DNA of 64,000 nucleotides, taken from an uncultured delta proteobacterium (GTDB lineage Bacteria; Desulfobacterota; WTBG01). The notes under the pieces are model-generated. The model had not been told where the DNA came from. It ran no database searches and saw only the letters and a program-made list of their open reading frames with translations. Both the position numbers and the translations under genes were made by a program. Positions 9,860 through 20,817 of the stretch are shown piece after piece. The DNA is taken from NCBI GenBank assembly GCA_963793865.1, contig CAWCBP010000001.1, positions 96,001 to 160,000 on the forward strand, read 5' to 3'. How positions within the stretch are numbered: the first letter of the stretch is position 1; every line of letters starts with the position of its first letter.

Positions 9860-10990
9860 ATGAATACCAACTGCAGCAGAAGAGAGTTCTTTGCCCGTCT
9901 GGCGCAATCAGCGTGCGGCCTGGGGGCCTGCAGTCTTTTGACACCAGCATCTGCCATGGCGCAGGAAGAGGTTTATCCGGTTGAGGTCGGCTTTTATAAG
10001 AAGCTTCCCGATGCCAGGATCCGCTGTGAGATATGCCCCAAACAGTGCGAGGTTGCCGACTTGGAGAGGGGATACTGCGGCAACAAGGAAAACAGGAAGG
10101 GGATTTACTACAGCCTGGTTTATGGCAGGTGCTGCAGTGCTCACATTGATCCCATCGAGAAGAAGCCGCTTTTTCATTACCTGCCGTCGACCGAGGCGTT
10201 TTCCATAGCAGCCGCGGGGTGCAACTTCGAGTGCAAGTTCTGCCAGAACTGGCAGATCGCGCAGTACCGGCCGGAACAGGTGGAAGACTTTTACCTGCCC
10301 CCCCGGGAGGTGGTGTCCCTGGCCAAAGAGAAAAAATGTCCCACCATTGCCTACACCTACTCAGAGCCGGTGGTGTTTTACGAGTATATGCTCGACACGG
10401 CAAAGCTGGGGCGCAGCAAGGGCATCGGCAGCGTGATGATATCAAACGGGTTTATCAATGAAGCCCCCCTGATGGAACTGTGCCGCCATGTAACCGGGGT
10501 AAAAATTGACCTGAAGGGGTTTAGCGAAAAGTTTTATAAGGAATACTGCAGCGGTGAGCTGAAACCGGTTCTCGATACCCTGAAGCGTCTTCGCAAGGCA
10601 GGCGTCTGGTATGAAATCGTCGTGCTGCTCATCCCGACGCTCAATGACAGCCGCGATGAGATCAGGCAGATGTGCGGGTGGATCAAATCAGAGCTGGGGG
10701 TCGAGGTTCCGATCCATTTTACCCGTTTTCACCCCATGTATAAAATACAGAATCTGCCGTCCACGCCGGTAAAAACCCTGGAAGAGGCGCGTGCCATTGC
10801 CCGGGAGGCGGGGCTGCACTATGTCTACCTGGGAAACGTGTCGGGCCATGAAGGGGAAAACACCTATTGCCCGAAGTGTAAAGAGGTGGTGATCGGCAGG
10901 GTGGGGTTCCACATTACCAGGAATGTGCTGAAGAAGGGATCGTGCCCCTCCTGCGGCCACCGCATCCCCGGAGTGTGGGAACAGGTTTAG
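9860..10990 (+). CDS. amrS: AmmeMemoRadiSam system radical SAM enzyme
   Basis: DPIEKKPLFH, GCNFECKFCQNW, AYTYSEP, HFTRFHP and YVYLGNV...TYCPKC; N-terminal SRREFF. Confidence 0.9.
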   Translation: MNTNCSRREFFARLAQSACGLGACSLLTPASAMAQEEVYPVEVGFYKKLPDARIRCEICPKQCEVADLERGYCGNKENRKGIYYSLVYGRCCSAHIDPIEKKPLFHYLPSTEAFSIAAAGCNFECKFCQNWQIAQYRPEQVEDFYLPPREVVSLAKEKKCPTIAYTYSEPVVFYEYMLDTAKLGRSKGIGSVMISNGFINEAPLMELCRHVTGVKIDLKGFSEKFYKEYCSGELKPVLDTLKRLRKAGVWYEIVVLLIPTLNDSRDEIRQMCGWIKSELGVEVPIHFTRFHPMYKIQNLPSTPVKTLEEARAIAREAGLHYVYLGNVSGHEGENTYCPKCKEVVIGRVGFHITRNVLKKGSCPSCGHRIPGVWEQV

Positions 10991-11067
10991 TGCGCCCTGC
11001 TCGACCGCAGAATCCACTGAGCAGCAGTGGGAGGGTAGCCGCAAGCTTTAGCTTGCGTTTTTTTGAA

Positions 11068-13382
11068 CTATCTTCCTTTCTGCAGCAAATAGATCAAAAG
11101 CAGCGTCCCGCTCATGAGGTTGAGCGCCCCGGTAATAAGGCAGCTCTGGTAGACGCCCAGAACTGGGACGAGTATGGTTCCGGTCAGAAGCGCCCCCAGA
11201 CACGCCCCCAGATGATCAAACGCATTGACCCGCCCGGCAACTGTTCCCGCCGCATAACGATCTGTAAATATTCTGCTCACCAGGGGAAACTCAAGCCCGG
11301 TCAGCCAGCCGGCACCGGCAACCAGGGCCATAAAGAGGTATCGAAGGTCAATGCTGCTGCCCGAAGTCGATATCCTTACGTATGAGAACAGTTCCAGGAT
11401 GTAGGGCAGGCCTATTGCGTACACACCGATAAGGATGGAAAGCAGGGTCAAAATCTTGACCCAGCTCCGCTCACGGCCTGAAATCAATTTGTTCATTTGT
11501 GCGCCGCCTGCCGCAAGCCCCAGCATAAAGACTGCAACAATCAGCCCCATCTGCCGGTAGACATAGCCGTAGATGTTCTGAAATGAAAAAAGCAGGACAA
11601 TTTCGAGGGCCATCCCGGCAAATCCGGCTGAAGCTATGGCAATCAGGGCATTGCAGTTGAGGTGAGATGCCAGCCTCTTTCGTGTTGCCAGGACGTAGGC
11701 AATACGAAGTAAGAACAATATAGATGAGCGGCAGGACCAGCACGTCCAGCCTGCCGGCAATCCCCTGAAAGAGGTTTGCGCGCCTCCTGCTTCCGGCTAT
11801 GCTCTCCCAGAGAACGAGGTTGTAATAATAGGTTATGGGACAGCTGTCAGTATTAATTTGAACTGCGGGTTGCCGCTCCATTTCTTCCGCCAGAAATGAG
11901 GCGCGGTCTTCAGGGAAAAGCATACCAAAATGGTAGGGTGTGAATGTATCGGAAGTGATGTTGCGGCTTCGATACCGCCGAGCCAGAAGGTCCGGGTCGG
12001 CGGAGATTACCCCGGGGGCGTCAGTGGCAAAAAAATAATTCTTCGTACCGGGGGAGACAATGATCCGGGAAAAGACTTTCCTCAAGTGTCTGGTAAAGGG
12101 AACTTGCGTAAATGCCGACCTCGGCGCCAAGGTAGCTGTCCGAGCCGGTAATTCCGGTAACCAGAACACCCCCCGGAGCCAGTTTTCTTTTGGCTTCTTC
12201 AAAAAATTCAATGGTATAGAAGCGATTGAGCATGGCATTCGAAGGATCGGGCAGATTCAGAATGATCATGTCGTAGTCCTCCGCAGTCTGCTGGATAAAA
12301 TATCTGCCGTCCCTGAAAAAGAGACTGACTCGATTGTCATCCAGTGCAATCCGGTCCTGGACCGCCAGATAGGGCAGGCTGACTTCAATCATCAGCGGAT
12401 CAAGCTCAACGTAGTGGAGCAGTTTGATCGGATACTTGAGCATTTCATTAACGATTCCGGCAGAACCGCCTCCCACCAGGAGGATTTTACCCGGAGCGGG
12501 ATGCTGGGAAAGGGTAAAGTGGGCAAAGATGGATGATTGATAGGGATCCGGGAATGATGTCACGTACTGACCGTTGCCAAATACGCTGTATTGATTTTGT
12601 GCGGACGCAACAACGATATTCTGATAGGGTGAGTCGACCGAGACATGGAGTTCCAATCGGTTTTTATAGGTATCCCACCTTTTTTGTATCAAAAGGTCGT
12701 CGAGCCTCGCAAAATTTCCGGTGAGCAGCAGAAAGGCGTTGGCCGCAGCCAAAGCAATGCATGACCAGCTCAGGATGGGGTTTCTGAACCCGGTGCGGAG
12801 GAAGCAGAGGGCGGCGGCATTGAACAACATAAGTGTTGAGATGATGGCCAGGATTTCATACGGCTTACAGTGCGCGATCAGGTAGAAGGTGAGAACGGCT
12901 CCTCCCGTGAGACTTCCCGCTGCCTCCAGAATATAGACCAACCCAATATGTTGTGCCTGTTTTTTTTCATGCACTGCAAATAGTGTGCATGCGCACGGAA
13001 AGATGAGGCCCATGGTAAAGCTGAAGGGAAGGGTGATGAGAATCGCCGCGGTGATAAGAGGAAGGAGGCTGATATATTCCCCCGGCGGGACGACCAGAAT
13101 GCCCCTGATCAGGCGGATGGTACAGATCTGAAAAAACGGGAGCAGGCAAAGGGCTGCCTGCAGGAGCATGAAGAGGGGGAATATCCGGGTAACCCGACGG
13201 GTTATCCAGCCTCCTGAGCCTGAACCCAGGGCAATGCCGATGAGCCAGCCGCCCAGGATTATACCCAGACAGAGCTCATTGCCGAAGAATACGACCATGA
13301 ACTCCCTGACGGTGAGGACCTGGACAGTAATGGATATGAGGCCGAGGAAGAAATAGGCGGCGCAGAGGAATGCCGTAGCCAT
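11068..13382 (-). CDS. Membrane-fused spermidine-synthase-like protein, split into three ORFs by frameshifts (near 12090 and 11750)
   Basis: TM N-terminus (REFMVVFFGNEL), SPYQNI, LLVGGG, VELDP, DGR and YTIEFF; NTDSCP and TM C-terminus (GLEFP, DHLGA) continue in other frames. Confidence 0.75.
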
Positions 13383-13493
13383 AGTGACCGAATGTGCCGC
13401 AGGTTAATTTGATGAACTTATAATAATTTTCCGGGGGGAGCAGTTATAAATTTATGTTTTTAAACACATTTTTTCCGATCCGGGAAAAATGTG

Positions 13494-13522
13494 TTGACAT
13501 ACAGCCATTAAAATGATATATA
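13494..13522 (+). promoter_or_regulatory. Sigma70-type promoter
   Basis: TTGACA, 17 bp, TATATA with an extended TG, upstream of the SLT gene. Confidence 0.6.
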
Positions 13523-13626
13523 CTGCCACCAAGGTTATCGGAAGTTATCCGGTAACCTCAATTTATTTTATAGGGATCACGGAGGCAAGCATGCGCCAAT
13601 AAAATTGGTTAATTTCAAGGGAGGCT

Positions 13627-14247
13627 GTGATTACCATGTTTCAATATATATTTGAAAACAGAGTTCTAAAGGAATTGGCAGGGTTTGTTCTGGTGCTCAA
13701 CGCGGTGGTGTTGGTATTCTCACTTTATACCAGTTACAATAATACCCTCGCCATCCGGACCATACACGAGGAAATCCTTGATCTTCAAAGCCGGGTTGAA
13801 GAAGAGAGCCGGTTGCGGCAGGAACTCTTCAGCGAACTGAGGCACTCCGCAAGTTACCTCCAGCGATACAATCCCCGTCTAGATAACGACACCGCCCTTA
13901 AATATGTCTGCAAAATCAGGGAATGCAGCGAACCCCCGGTTACGCCGGAACTGCTGACCGCTCTGATCGTGGTTGAATCCGGCGCCAATCACGTAGCGGT
14001 GAGTAGCAAGGGTGCGGTTGGACTTACCCAGGTAATGCCCAAGATTTGGCAATGCAAGAAAAAGGAGCTGCTGAATCCGTACAGAAATATCGAGATAGGA
14101 TCAAAAATACTTAAATATTATATAGATAGAAATGGTATCCACGGCGGTTTGAGCTCGTATAACAGCGGCAGAACCGATTACGCGCTTGACTATGCCCACT
14201 CTGTGCTGGCTATCGCCAATGATTTGAAGGTGAACAAGGTCTTCTAG
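13627..14247 (+). CDS. Lytic transglycosylase, SLT domain
   Basis: ALIVVESG, AVSSKGAVGLTQVMP, NIEIG and SYNSG; N-terminal TM. Confidence 0.9.
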   Translation: MITMFQYIFENRVLKELAGFVLVLNAVVLVFSLYTSYNNTLAIRTIHEEILDLQSRVEEESRLRQELFSELRHSASYLQRYNPRLDNDTALKYVCKIRECSEPPVTPELLTALIVVESGANHVAVSSKGAVGLTQVMPKIWQCKKKELLNPYRNIEIGSKILKYYIDRNGIHGGLSSYNSGRTDYALDYAHSVLAIANDLKVNKVF

Positions 14248-14268
14248 CCTAACGCATTTGATATTTCT

Positions 14269-14318
14269 GTAGGAGCGCATTTATGCGCGATGCGTTCGCG
14301 GCTTCAAGCCGCTCCTAC
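14269..14318. repeat. REP doublet GTAGGAGCG...CGCTCCTAC (similar copy 54694-54743; single units at 43375 and 43499)
   Basis: Inverted GTAG-headed units in intergenic positions. Confidence 0.85.
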
Positions 14319-14417
14319 CGGCCATGAATGTTTCTGAGAGAAAAACCGGCAAGCGGCTGGTAACTTATCGGATTAGAACCTGTAAATTTAAACCTACCGT
14401 CTTTGGGCGTTTGTATC

Positions 14418-15998
14418 TCACTTCCTCAAGTATTCCAGTTCCGCCGGTAAATCGACATTATTGCCCACCTCATCCTCTCCATAGTTTGCCCTGGCGAGGG
14501 CTTCGATATCCATGAGCGCCCTGCGGTCACCCCTGAAGGTAGCATGTATGTCAATTTTTATGTCGATTTTACCGGCCGCCATCAGCCGTTTTATCTCTTT
14601 TGCCACCAGGGGTTTTAATTCTTCAGCCTGGATGGAGCTTTCCTCTGTTTCGCAGGTAAGATGCTCCACCGTCAGCTCTTCAAAGCTTGAAAGAAAACCT
14701 TCCTTCATCAGCCGGTCCAGTTCATCGTATACCATCGGCTTAACGGCTTCCCGCTTAATTTTCCCCTTTTCCTGCGGGGGCTGTATCTTTTCCAGTATAA
14801 GCTGCCGCTTTCGGGCGCTTATCTTCTCGTTGGCCCGGAAAATATCCAGCGCGCTGCCGGCATCGTATTCTTCGCCGTCTATCTCCATTATGACATCGGA
14901 ACCATAGTGCTTCACGATTTTCATCACCATGGTGGCCGGCCGGACATGGAAACCCATGTAGGTGGGTATGGGTACCTTGATGGAATCGACAACCACAAAA
15001 CTTTTGAGAAAGGATTGAGCCAGGGTTATGCCCCTGGTCAGATGTTTGAAACAGTAAAAAAGACAGTAATTTACAAGGCAATCCAGGATTATATCCTTGT
15101 CGATGATTCGCTCAATGTTTTCCCGCACCTTTTCCTGCCGCAGCTCGCTTTCGTGCCTTTCATAAAAATGGATGAGCACGGTTGCCATTTCAGCGAGATG
15201 GAGGGCAACTGAAATGAAGCCCCGCATGCTGTTGAGCGAGGGGTGTATGGTTTCTATTTTGGTGTTTTTCAGGTAGGTATCGTACAGGGACTGAAGGCTG
15301 TGCACCCGCAGCTCGAATCTTCTCAGCTTTTCTTCGCTTACGTACTCCGGTATAAGCGCCGCTATTTCCTGAACGGTATGCCGCCGGTCAAACTGCAGGT
15401 CTTCGTGATCTCGCAGGATGTTGAGGTACTCCGAGGCAATTTTTACCACGTTTTCCTCTTCCCTGGTGGAAAAGTCTTCTCCGAGATTGTGGGGGAGCAT
15501 TTTATTGGATGCCACATCCAAAAAATCCTCCTCCTTGAGCCTCTCATCCGGGATGGTCAGGCCGAGGCGGGTCCCCTCATCGCAGATAGACCTGAAGACA
15601 TTCTTAATGGCCGTGTTAAAGAATTCCTGCGTCCGCGCCGTCTTTTCCAGGAATTCCTTTTCCTTGACATTTTTTACGTCATACAGGGCATACCGGTTCC
15701 TTACGTGCTGAATCATGTAAGAGCAGTATCCCATGTACCGTGCAGATGCGACCAGCTCCCTGAAATAGACCCAGGTCCGGTTGTTCTTGGCGCCGTAGTC
15801 GTCCAGGAAATCCTCCAGGATTCTGGACTGGGTGGTGACGTTCCCGTAAAAGCGCTTGGTGAACAGGGAGTCTTCCATCTCTTTATCATTGAGATAGGAG
15901 CAGATTTTCATTATCTCCGAGGTCTGCTTCTGAAAAATTTCCAGAAAATCCTTCTCGGAGATGATTTCCTTTAAAGGGGATACCATGGATTGCCTCAC
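14418..15998 (-). CDS. Large protein with C-terminal HPr-like phosphocarrier domain
   Basis: GFHVRPAT (His15 motif) and DAGSALDI (Ser46-like) after a ~330-aa N-terminal region. Confidence 0.7.
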   Translation of the reverse strand: MRQSMVSPLKEIISEKDFLEIFQKQTSEIMKICSYLNDKEMEDSLFTKRFYGNVTTQSRILEDFLDDYGAKNNRTWVYFRELVASARYMGYCSYMIQHVRNRYALYDVKNVKEKEFLEKTARTQEFFNTAIKNVFRSICDEGTRLGLTIPDERLKEEDFLDVASNKMLPHNLGEDFSTREEENVVKIASEYLNILRDHEDLQFDRRHTVQEIAALIPEYVSEEKLRRFELRVHSLQSLYDTYLKNTKIETIHPSLNSMRGFISVALHLAEMATVLIHFYERHESELRQEKVRENIERIIDKDIILDCLVNYCLFYCFKHLTRGITLAQSFLKSFVVVDSIKVPIPTYMGFHVRPATMVMKIVKHYGSDVIMEIDGEEYDAGSALDIFRANEKISARKRQLILEKIQPPQEKGKIKREAVKPMVYDELDRLMKEGFLSSFEELTVEHLTCETEESSIQAEELKPLVAKEIKRLMAAGKIDIKIDIHATFRGDRRALMDIEALARANYGEDEVGNNVDLPAELEYLRK

Positions 15999-16157
15999 GG
16001 ATGATCATGTGCGTTCAGAGTATATATTATGGAGTTGCGGGAGGTATGTCAAATGAAATTCCCCGGCGTCTGTTCTCTCGGCAGCGACCTGGATCGAGCA
16101 TGATCCGTTAGTGACTTGGCTGTCCCGGCGTACTCTGGGACATATATATTATTAGTA

Positions 16158-16186
16158 TTGCAAATCCATTCCTTATGTAGTTTAAT
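16158..16186 (+). promoter_or_regulatory. Possible sigma70 promoter for the first array gene
   Basis: TTGCAA, 17 bp, TTTAAT upstream of leader copy 1. Confidence 0.45.
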
Positions 16187-16209
16187 AGTATTATACTGTA
16201 ACGTAATCT

Positions 16210-16313
16210 GGAGGGGAAGGGTGAAAACCGTTAATGGACATAACCCCGCTTTTTCTCGGAAGGAGACATCTGAGACTGAGGCGGGGTTTAATTTCGTAAT
16301 GGTCTTAGGATGA
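16210..16313 (+). promoter_or_regulatory. Conserved leader, copy 1 (SD + uORF + hairpin)
   Basis: GGAGGGG, GTG at 16221, MKTVNGHNPAFSRKETSETEAGFNFVMVLG*; stems AACCCCGC/GCGGGGTT and TCTCGGA-N8-TCTGAGA. Confidence 0.7.
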
Positions 16314-16345
16314 AGGTGGGGAGATTTTATTTTCTGGGAGAGAAG

Positions 16346-18406
16346 ATGATGAAAAGATTAGTAGTGTTAGGTGCAGTGTTATCAAGCATCTTTTTAACTT
16401 TTAATAAAAGCCACAGTATTCAATATTGGGCAATACACTATGGAGAAAGTGAATTTGATACGGCTCAGTGTATCAAGCAAGTGTCATCAGATGAATATAT
16501 TGTAGCAGGTAGTACGCGTGGTTTAAATTATTATAGTGACATCCGGATTTTAAATCTTAACGGGAGTGGGAATGTCAACTGGCAAAAGACGTATAACGGG
16601 TTGGGTGATAATGAGGACTACCCCACATCCATCCAGGTAACCGCCGATGGGGGTTATATTGTAGCAGGAAGTACCTGGTCCCATGGTGGAACTTCTTGGT
16701 GGGATGATATCTGGATTTTGAAGCTTGATAATAATGGGGATATCAATTGGCAAAAGTCTTATGGTGGGATCTATAGAGATTATCCCGATTGTATCCATCA
16801 GACTTCAGATGGTGGTTATGTAGTTGCAGGATTTACAGCTTCTTTTGGTACTGGTTATGATGCCTGGGTACTCAAGCTTACCGATAGTGGTGATGTGTCC
16901 TGGCAGAAAATATATGGGGGAATCTCCGAAGATTTTTTTCATACTATCATACAGACTGCAGATGGAGGCTATATTGTTGCAGGAGAAACTAATCCCTTGG
17001 ATATTTTTGATGATGATTATTTCTGGGTTGTAAATCTTGATAGTAATGGCAATATCAACTGGCAGAAGATGTATCGTCAGAGCGGGCCTGGATCCATATC
17101 CATTCTTCAGTCATCAGATGGCGGATATATGCTGGTTGGGAATACAAAAACCAATGCTCTAGGATTAAAAGATATATACGTTTTAAAACTTGATAGCTAT
17201 GGGGATGTAATATGGCATAAGACTATAGGAGGAAGTGGAACGGATACCACTGGATGGTCAGGTTTCACGCAAGAGACGACTGACGGAGGATACATCATAG
17301 CAGGGTCAACAGATTCATTTGGATCAGGAGACTCTGATAGTTGGCTAGTAAAGCTTGATAGTGATGGAAACATTTCCTGGCAAAAAACGTATGGAGAGTT
17401 TGGAGCCAGTGCGGTTCAACAAACATTAGATGGCGGGTATATTATGGTTGGAAATATCTATCCGCCAGAAGGGAGCATTTCTAATTTTTGGGCGTTAAAA
17501 CTCGATAGCAATGGAGATATACCCAATTGCAGCATCATTGCCAATACCAATGCTACTACAGCAATTCCCTCCATTTCAGTCAGCAATACCAATGCTACAG
17601 TTCAAGAAACCTCTGCTGTCATTATTGACACAATTACTACCCCTCAAAATACAGAAACGGAACCATTTTGGATATGTTGTTACAACAGCGATGATTTCGA
17701 ATGTGATGGATTTTTAAATGAAGTTGATAACTGTCCTAACATCTCGAACCCCGTTCAGGAAGATACGTATCCCCCACTAGGCAACGGCATCGGTGACGCC
17801 TGCGACTGTGAAGGTAACTTTAACTGTGATGCAGATGTCGATGGGAGCGATGCTGCTTTACTCAAGGTTGATTTCGGAAGAAGTAATATCGAGCATCCCT
17901 GCATTGCCGGAGATACATGCAACGGCGACTTCAACTGCGACGGCGACGTGGATGGAACCGATGCATCGCTGTTCAAATCCGACTTTGGCCGCAGTTCGAT
18001 GCAGAGTCCCTGCCCCGCATGTGTGCAGGGCGAATGGTGCGGCTATGGGGAGCCTTTTGTCAGTGGATACTGGGACAGCGGCTGCCAGGGCAGTTTCATG
18101 GAATTTGCAGGGGGTACTTGCGGCGAAGATGAAATCGTTGCTGACGTTGCGGGGAATGTCATTCATCTTACGCACTATAACGCCTTCTACAACTGCTGCC
18201 CGGATGATATCCCCGTTACCATGGCGGTTGAGGGGAACTTGTTGCGATTGCAGGAAACTGAAAGTAACGTGGGATGCCGGTGCATGTGCTGCTACACGGT
18301 TGAATCGGAGATTGCCGATTTAGAGCCCGGCGAGTATACGATTGAGTATTGCTGGAAGGTCATCGGAGGTCCCTGCGAAACCCTCATGGTTACGGTGCCT
18401 GATTAA
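16346..18406 (+). CDS. Secreted beta-propeller-repeat protein with dockerin-like module and an extra C-terminal Cys domain
   Basis: Signal peptide; repeats IQQTxDGGYIVAG...WILKLDxxGxIx[38 protein letters not shown] module; tail with YNCCPD. Confidence 0.85.
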   Translation: MMKRLVVLGAVLSSIFLTFNKSHSIQYWAIHYGESEFDTAQCIKQVSSDEYIVAGSTRGLNYYSDIRILNLNGSGNVNWQKTYNGLGDNEDYPTSIQVTADGGYIVAGSTWSHGGTSWWDDIWILKLDNNGDINWQKSYGGIYRDYPDCIHQTSDGGYVVAGFTASFGTGYDAWVLKLTDSGDVSWQKIYGGISEDFFHTIIQTADGGYIVAGETNPLDIFDDDYFWVVNLDSNGNINWQKMYRQSGPGSISILQSSDGGYMLVGNTKTNALGLKDIYVLKLDSYGDVIWHKTIGGSGTDTTGWSGFTQETTDGGYIIAGSTDSFGSGDSDSWLVKLDSDGNISWQKTYGEFGASAVQQTLDGGYIMVGNIYPPEGSISNFWALKLDSNGDIPNCSIIANTNATTAIPSISVSNTNATVQETSAVIIDTITTPQNTETEPFWICCYNSDDFECDGFLNEVDNCPNISNPVQEDTYPPLGNGIGDACDCEGNFNCDADVDGSDAALLKVDFGRSNIEHPCIAGDTCNGDFNCDGDVDGTDASLFKSDFGRSSMQSPCPACVQGEWCGYGEPFVSGYWDSGCQGSFMEFAGGTCGEDEIVADVAGNVIHLTHYNAFYNCCPDDIPVTMAVEGNLLRLQETESNVGCRCMCCYTVESEIADLEPGEYTIEYCWKVIGGPCETLMVTVPD

Positions 18407-18481
18407 CGCTTTCCCACCGTGCGAGATAGAAGTGGTGTAATAATGAATGAATCATGGGATTGCTGACAAAGGAGGTTTGAG

Positions 18482-19387
18482 ATGCGAACATGGTACGCGA
18501 TTGCACTGATGAGCGTATTACTCCTGCTTGGCTACTATCATACTGATGTTACAGCAATTACTGATCCGTCAGGGGACCATATAGGGGCTGCTGATATTGT
18601 GTCGGCAACCGCTGAGCACTATATGAGAGGGGATGGTGTAACACTCTTAAAAATTAGTGTTACATCTACCCCTCATCTGCCCGGACTGATATTGTTTGAA
18701 TCCAATGTTGATAATACAGGTGATGTTGCGATGCTCACCGAGTTTTTTCAACCACCCGTTGCACCATGTCCATGTAAAACTGCGTATGGAATTGATGTCG
18801 GCATTATGGTGTTTACCAGATCTCAGGGCGATAACTCTCAAACCGCCTTCTGCCGTGGGTGCCTGGACCAGCAGCAGCAAGCGTGCAGTAAAGGAAGAAA
18901 AGCGGGTGAATGGTATGCTTATGCATCGGCATTAGGCATGGAAAACGGTTTGGGCGTTATCCGAGGATTCCTCGATCCCATACCCGCCGGACCGGAAAGT
19001 GGAGGAACTTATGCTTGTTACACTCTTCCCTGGGGTACCTTATTGATGTATGCGTATGCCGCCTTAGACGGGGACACCCGGCAATTCAACTTGGAACAGG
19101 CGTTCAACCCTGCTAATAACAAGTGGACAATCAGCATATGGCATGATCAATCTTTCGCTGACCAGGACGACTTTGCCGATGGTACCACCTTTTTAAACAT
19201 CTCTGACTGGATACCAAATGGTACAGGGGTGATGGCTGATATGCAGCCCGCTGGCCCGTATACATACTGCGAGGGGAACTTTGATAATGACTTTGATCAG
19301 GACGGTCTGGATGCGTCAAGATTCAAACAGAACTTCGGGCGCAGTCCAATTTCTTTCAAATGCCCCGGCTGTGCTCCCCATTATTAA
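18482..19387 (+). CDS. Secreted Cys-rich protein with a single (half) dockerin-like repeat
   Basis: SD AAAGGAGG; signal peptide; C-terminus CEGNFDNDFDQDGLDASRFKQNFGRS..CPGC. Confidence 0.8.
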   Translation: MRTWYAIALMSVLLLLGYYHTDVTAITDPSGDHIGAADIVSATAEHYMRGDGVTLLKISVTSTPHLPGLILFESNVDNTGDVAMLTEFFQPPVAPCPCKTAYGIDVGIMVFTRSQGDNSQTAFCRGCLDQQQQACSKGRKAGEWYAYASALGMENGLGVIRGFLDPIPAGPESGGTYACYTLPWGTLLMYAYAALDGDTRQFNLEQAFNPANNKWTISIWHDQSFADQDDFADGTTFLNISDWIPNGTGVMADMQPAGPYTYCEGNFDNDFDQDGLDASRFKQNFGRSPISFKCPGCAPHY

Positions 19388-19599
19388 GAGTTTCTCTAAA
19401 AACCAGGCAATACACCAGGATTGCCATTTCCACCCCGTATCAAGTGCGGGGTAAACTCCAGCGGGAATCCGGAAAATGTCATGAAGGATATAAAACATTT
19501 TCTAACGAAGTGCTTTTATGTTTTGCCGGTTGACTTATAGCTATTTCTGAATCAGCACTCGTGCAATTGATTACATGATGTTGCCATAAATCAATTAAG

Positions 19600-19683
19600 T
19601 GAGGGGAACGTGGAAACAGCCGGTAGACATAACCCCGCTTTTTCTTAGACGGAAAAGTCTGAGAATGCGGGATTATGTTTTTA
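19600..19683 (+). promoter_or_regulatory. Conserved leader, copy 2
   Basis: GAGGGG, GTG at 19610, METAGRHNPAFS*; TCTTAGA-N8-TCTGAGA hairpin followed by a T-tract. Confidence 0.7.
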
Positions 19684-19744
19684 AAGGGGGTAGAAAATGA
19701 AAAAGCTGGGTATCGTAGTTGGTTGTCTAATTGTTTTTTGCGTA

Positions 19745-20817
19745 GGGTCGGGCCACGCTAACCATCTGATTTTTTTTAGGAATATGCCATAAAAAGAGGC
19801 TAATAATAGCCCAATAAGCTTATTTTTAAGGGGCAAAATCGAGTTATTCAAAATACACAAAGAACTTTTTTTGACATCGGGTCGGGCCGCGCTTATTCGC
19901 TAATATCATTTGATAAAGTTTCTTGCGGGATGTCCATAATGGCCCAATAATTGCTCTTGGCCAGGGTAAAAAACAATTATTTATTTTTAAGCATATGGCT
20001 CGAGCTAAAAGGCACTATCTTCCTGGTAACATCTGGCATATTACCCACCGCTGTCATAAGAGAGAATGGCTGCTTAAGTTTGCGCGGGATCGGCGGCGCT
20101 GGCTTCAATGGCTTTATGTGGCTAGGAGACGATACCAGTTGGTTATCTTAAACTATGCGGTCACCTCAAATCATATTCATCTGCTGGTGGTTGATGATGG
20201 GGATCGGGAAGTTATTCCGCAAGCCATACAGCTTGTGACCGGTCGCACCGCGCAGGAGTATAATCTTCGCAAGCACCGAACCGGTGCATTTTGGGAGGAC
20301 CGTTATCATGCAACAGCTATAGAAAGTGGTGAGCATCTGCTTCGGTGTATGGTGTACATTGATTTGAACATGGTGAGGGCAGGTGTTGTCAAGCACCCAT
20401 CGGAATGGATTTTCAGTGGATACAATGAGGTTCAAAAACCACGCTATAAGTGTTCATTGATCGCACATGAGAGGGTAAGGGAGTTGGCTGGCTTTGACAG
20501 TTTGGATAAGTTTCGGGTCGCCCATGCAGGTTGGGTTGCCGATTCTCTCCGTGATGGTAGCCACAAACGAGAACCTCTGTGGACAGAAAGTATCGCTGTG
20601 GGAAGCGATCAATTTGTGGGAACCATAAAAAAATCGCTCGGCATAAAAGCTAAGGGACGGAAGGTGGTAGAGAAGGAAAACATGTTTTGCCTCCGGGAAA
20701 AAGCAGCAGCTTATAATAGTGCAATTTTTGGCCCTAAAAATGGCATAATTGGGGGTTAAAACGGCTCTTTTTAGAACGAATATTCATTTTTTTCAGAGTG
20801 ATAGCGTGGCCCGACCC
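19745..20817 (+). mobile_element. Y1/HUH transposase element with terminal inverted repeats
   Basis: Perfect 16-bp IR GGGTCGGGCCACGCTA (19745-19760 and 20802-20817) with longer imperfect similarity; internal copy at 19879. Confidence 0.85.
19995..20759 (+). CDS. Y1_Tnp (IS200-like/RAYT-type) HUH transposase
   Basis: WHITHRC, NYAVTSNHIHLL, GAFWEDRY, YIDLNMVRAG and PSEW.FSGY. Confidence 0.9.
   Translation: MARAKRHYLPGNIWHITHRCHKREWLLKFARDRRRWLQWLYVARRRYQLVILNYAVTSNHIHLLVVDDGDREVIPQAIQLVTGRTAQEYNLRKHRTGAFWEDRYHATAIESGEHLLRCMVYIDLNMVRAGVVKHPSEWIFSGYNEVQKPRYKCSLIAHERVRELAGFDSLDKFRVAHAGWVADSLRDGSHKREPLWTESIAVGSDQFVGTIKKSLGIKAKGRKVVEKENMFCLREKAAAYNSAIFGPKNGIIGG

Noticed and set aside
13532..13558. 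Hairpin after the promoter of the SLT gene as a riboswitch
   Set aside because: Single copy with no recognisable aptamer; possibly a simple attenuator or operator
16238..16292. Leader hairpins as integron attC sites (ACATAAC...GTT)
   Set aside because: Bases after AAC are paired rather than forming an unpaired spacer, the sites follow promoter and SD rather than stop codons, and no integrase is present
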